Of a stretch of 64,000 nt of DNA, positions 63,325 through 64,000 are shown piece by piece. Each line of letters starts with the position of its first letter. Within the stretch, counting starts at the first letter, position 1. The notes beneath the pieces were generated by a model. It ran no database searches, had not been told where the DNA came from, and worked only from the letters and a program-made list of their open reading frames with translations. This stretch comes from an uncultured Verrucomicrobiota bacterium (lineage in GTDB: Bacteria; Verrucomicrobiota; Verrucomicrobiia; Limisphaerales; UBA1319), in the NCBI GenBank assembly GCA_964538065.1, contig CAZIDG010000013.1, forward strand, positions 1,488-65,487, written 5' to 3'. The position numbers were made by a program, and so were the translations under genes.

Positions 63325-64000
63325 ATGTTTCAACCGTGGGATTATTTGATTGTAACGGCTTCGAATGAGATTCAAGCCTCGGCGTATCGCCGCCAGTTGG
63401 ATCTTCGCCGCCAGCTTGGTCTGCTTGCCGATATCGGCCATGTTCTGGTGGTGAGCGATCTTCAAGGAAAGCGCATTGGCAGTGGTGGCAGCACCCTTTT
63501 ATGCCTGATGCATGTGCTCTCACGTGAATTACGGGAGGCGAACGGAGACGCGGATGTGCATTCCTGGAACGATCTCCAGACGATCCTGGGCGGAAGACGG
63601 ATTCTCATCATTCACGCGGGAGGAGATTCGCGCCGTCTGCCTGCATACAGCCCCGCCGGAAAGCTCTTCGTGCCCGTTCCTGGTGAAAACGACTGTGTTT
63701 TGGGACAGACATTATTTGACCGACAGCTTTCCACCTACATGAAGCTTCCCGCGCCGCCCGTTGGCAAAGGTCAAATCCTGGTGACCTCCGGGGACGCGTT
63801 GATTTTGGCGGATTTTGACCAGGTGTGCCTGGATGCGTCCGGAATGACTGCGCTGGGTTGCCTGGCGTCGGTGAATGACTCAAGCAAGCATGGTGTGTTC
63901 TGTGCGGACGACAAGGGCGTGGTGCGCCTCTATCTTCAAAAGCCCTCACCTGAAGAACAGGCGCGCCAGGGGGCGGTGAACTCGTTTGGACAAAGTGTGC
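63325..64000 (+). CDS. bifunctional L-fucokinase/GDP-L-fucose pyrophosphorylase (FKP-like), N-terminal part; continues beyond the window
   Basis: I translated from the ATG at 63325, which is preceded by the Shine-Dalgarno sequence AGGAAGGA. The product reads MFQPWDYLIVTASNEIQASAYRRQLDLRR...DLQGKRIGSGGSTLLCL...RILIIHAGGDSRRLPAYSPAGKLF...ILVTSGDALI. The frame is open to 64000 and absent from the ORF track because there is no stop. Confidence 0.75.
   Translation, partial: MFQPWDYLIVTASNEIQASAYRRQLDLRRQLGLLADIGHVLVVSDLQGKRIGSGGSTLLCLMHVLSRELREANGDADVHSWNDLQTILGGRRILIIHAGGDSRRLPAYSPAGKLFVPVPGENDCVLGQTLFDRQLSTYMKLPAPPVGKGQILVTSGDALILADFDQVCLDASGMTALGCLASVNDSSKHGVFCADDKGVVRLYLQKPSPEEQARQGAVNSFGQSV

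Noticed and set aside
1-64000. A whole-window look for CRISPR arrays, IS elements, transposases, integrases, prophage genes, tRNA/rRNA genes and recognisable defence systems (restriction-modification, Cas, abortive-infection ATPase/nuclease pairs).
   Set aside because: I saw no regularly spaced repeats, no transposase, integrase or recombinase motifs, and no structural RNA signatures. The only helicase is a housekeeping-type HrpB, and the radical SAM protein is SplB-like rather than viperin-like. A by-eye scan cannot exclude short or diverged elements.

Overview
This is a roughly 60% GC chromosomal segment with about 50 protein-coding genes. I found no rRNA, tRNA, CRISPR array, transposase or integrase. 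The gene content suggests a PVC-superphylum genome, probably Verrucomicrobiota. That placement is inferred from a prepilin-type H-X9-DG protein, several Tat-exported Gfo/Idh/MocA oxidoreductases, DUF1080, ThuA, GH172 and DUF4091 proteins, and a large secreted protein ending in FYRLRK.

Gene order:
- **1-6 kb:** two tandem DUF1254/DUF1214 paralogs (the first runs off the left edge), an outer-membrane beta-barrel, a DUF433 antitoxin-like gene and a retropepsin-like lipoprotein.
- **6-12 kb:** U32 family protein, Sua5/TsaC, TrpD, a universal stress protein and a Rieske ferredoxin.
- **12-19 kb:** a YihY membrane protein with an Rrf2-like tail, diverging from pstS-pstC-pstA and three PstB paralogs. 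A phased Pho-box-like array precedes pstS.
- **19-22.5 kb:** guaA, a 770-bp low-GC gap with no convincing ORF, then hscB-like and iscA-like genes.
- **22.5-32.7 kb:** a Tat Gfo/Idh/MocA plus ThuA pair, a CpxP-like gene diverging from a CpxRA-like two-component system, a lytic transglycosylase, HrpB and an HpnA-like epimerase.
- **32.8-64 kb:** glycan-processing genes. These include a prepilin-like operon, an HzsA-like di-heme propeller protein coupled to a GH2, an MFS porter and PfkB kinase, a Gfo plus HEAT-DUF1080 operon, a radical SAM protein, GH172, a CBM9/DUF4091 protein, a Tat TIM-barrel isomerase, MarC, an esterase, a beta-helix/PKD protein, a further Tat Gfo gene, AraC, FucU, and a fucokinase/GDP-fucose pyrophosphorylase that runs off the right edge.

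The four observations most worth follow-up:
- The three PstB copies have lost different ATPase motifs in a complementary pattern, and no phoU is present.
- The HzsA-like heme protein is translationally coupled to the GH2.
- Tat-exported oxidoreductase modules recur across the window.
- The guaA/hscB gap contains an orphan minus-strand terminator.

All family assignments come from reading motifs in the translations. No database search was run.
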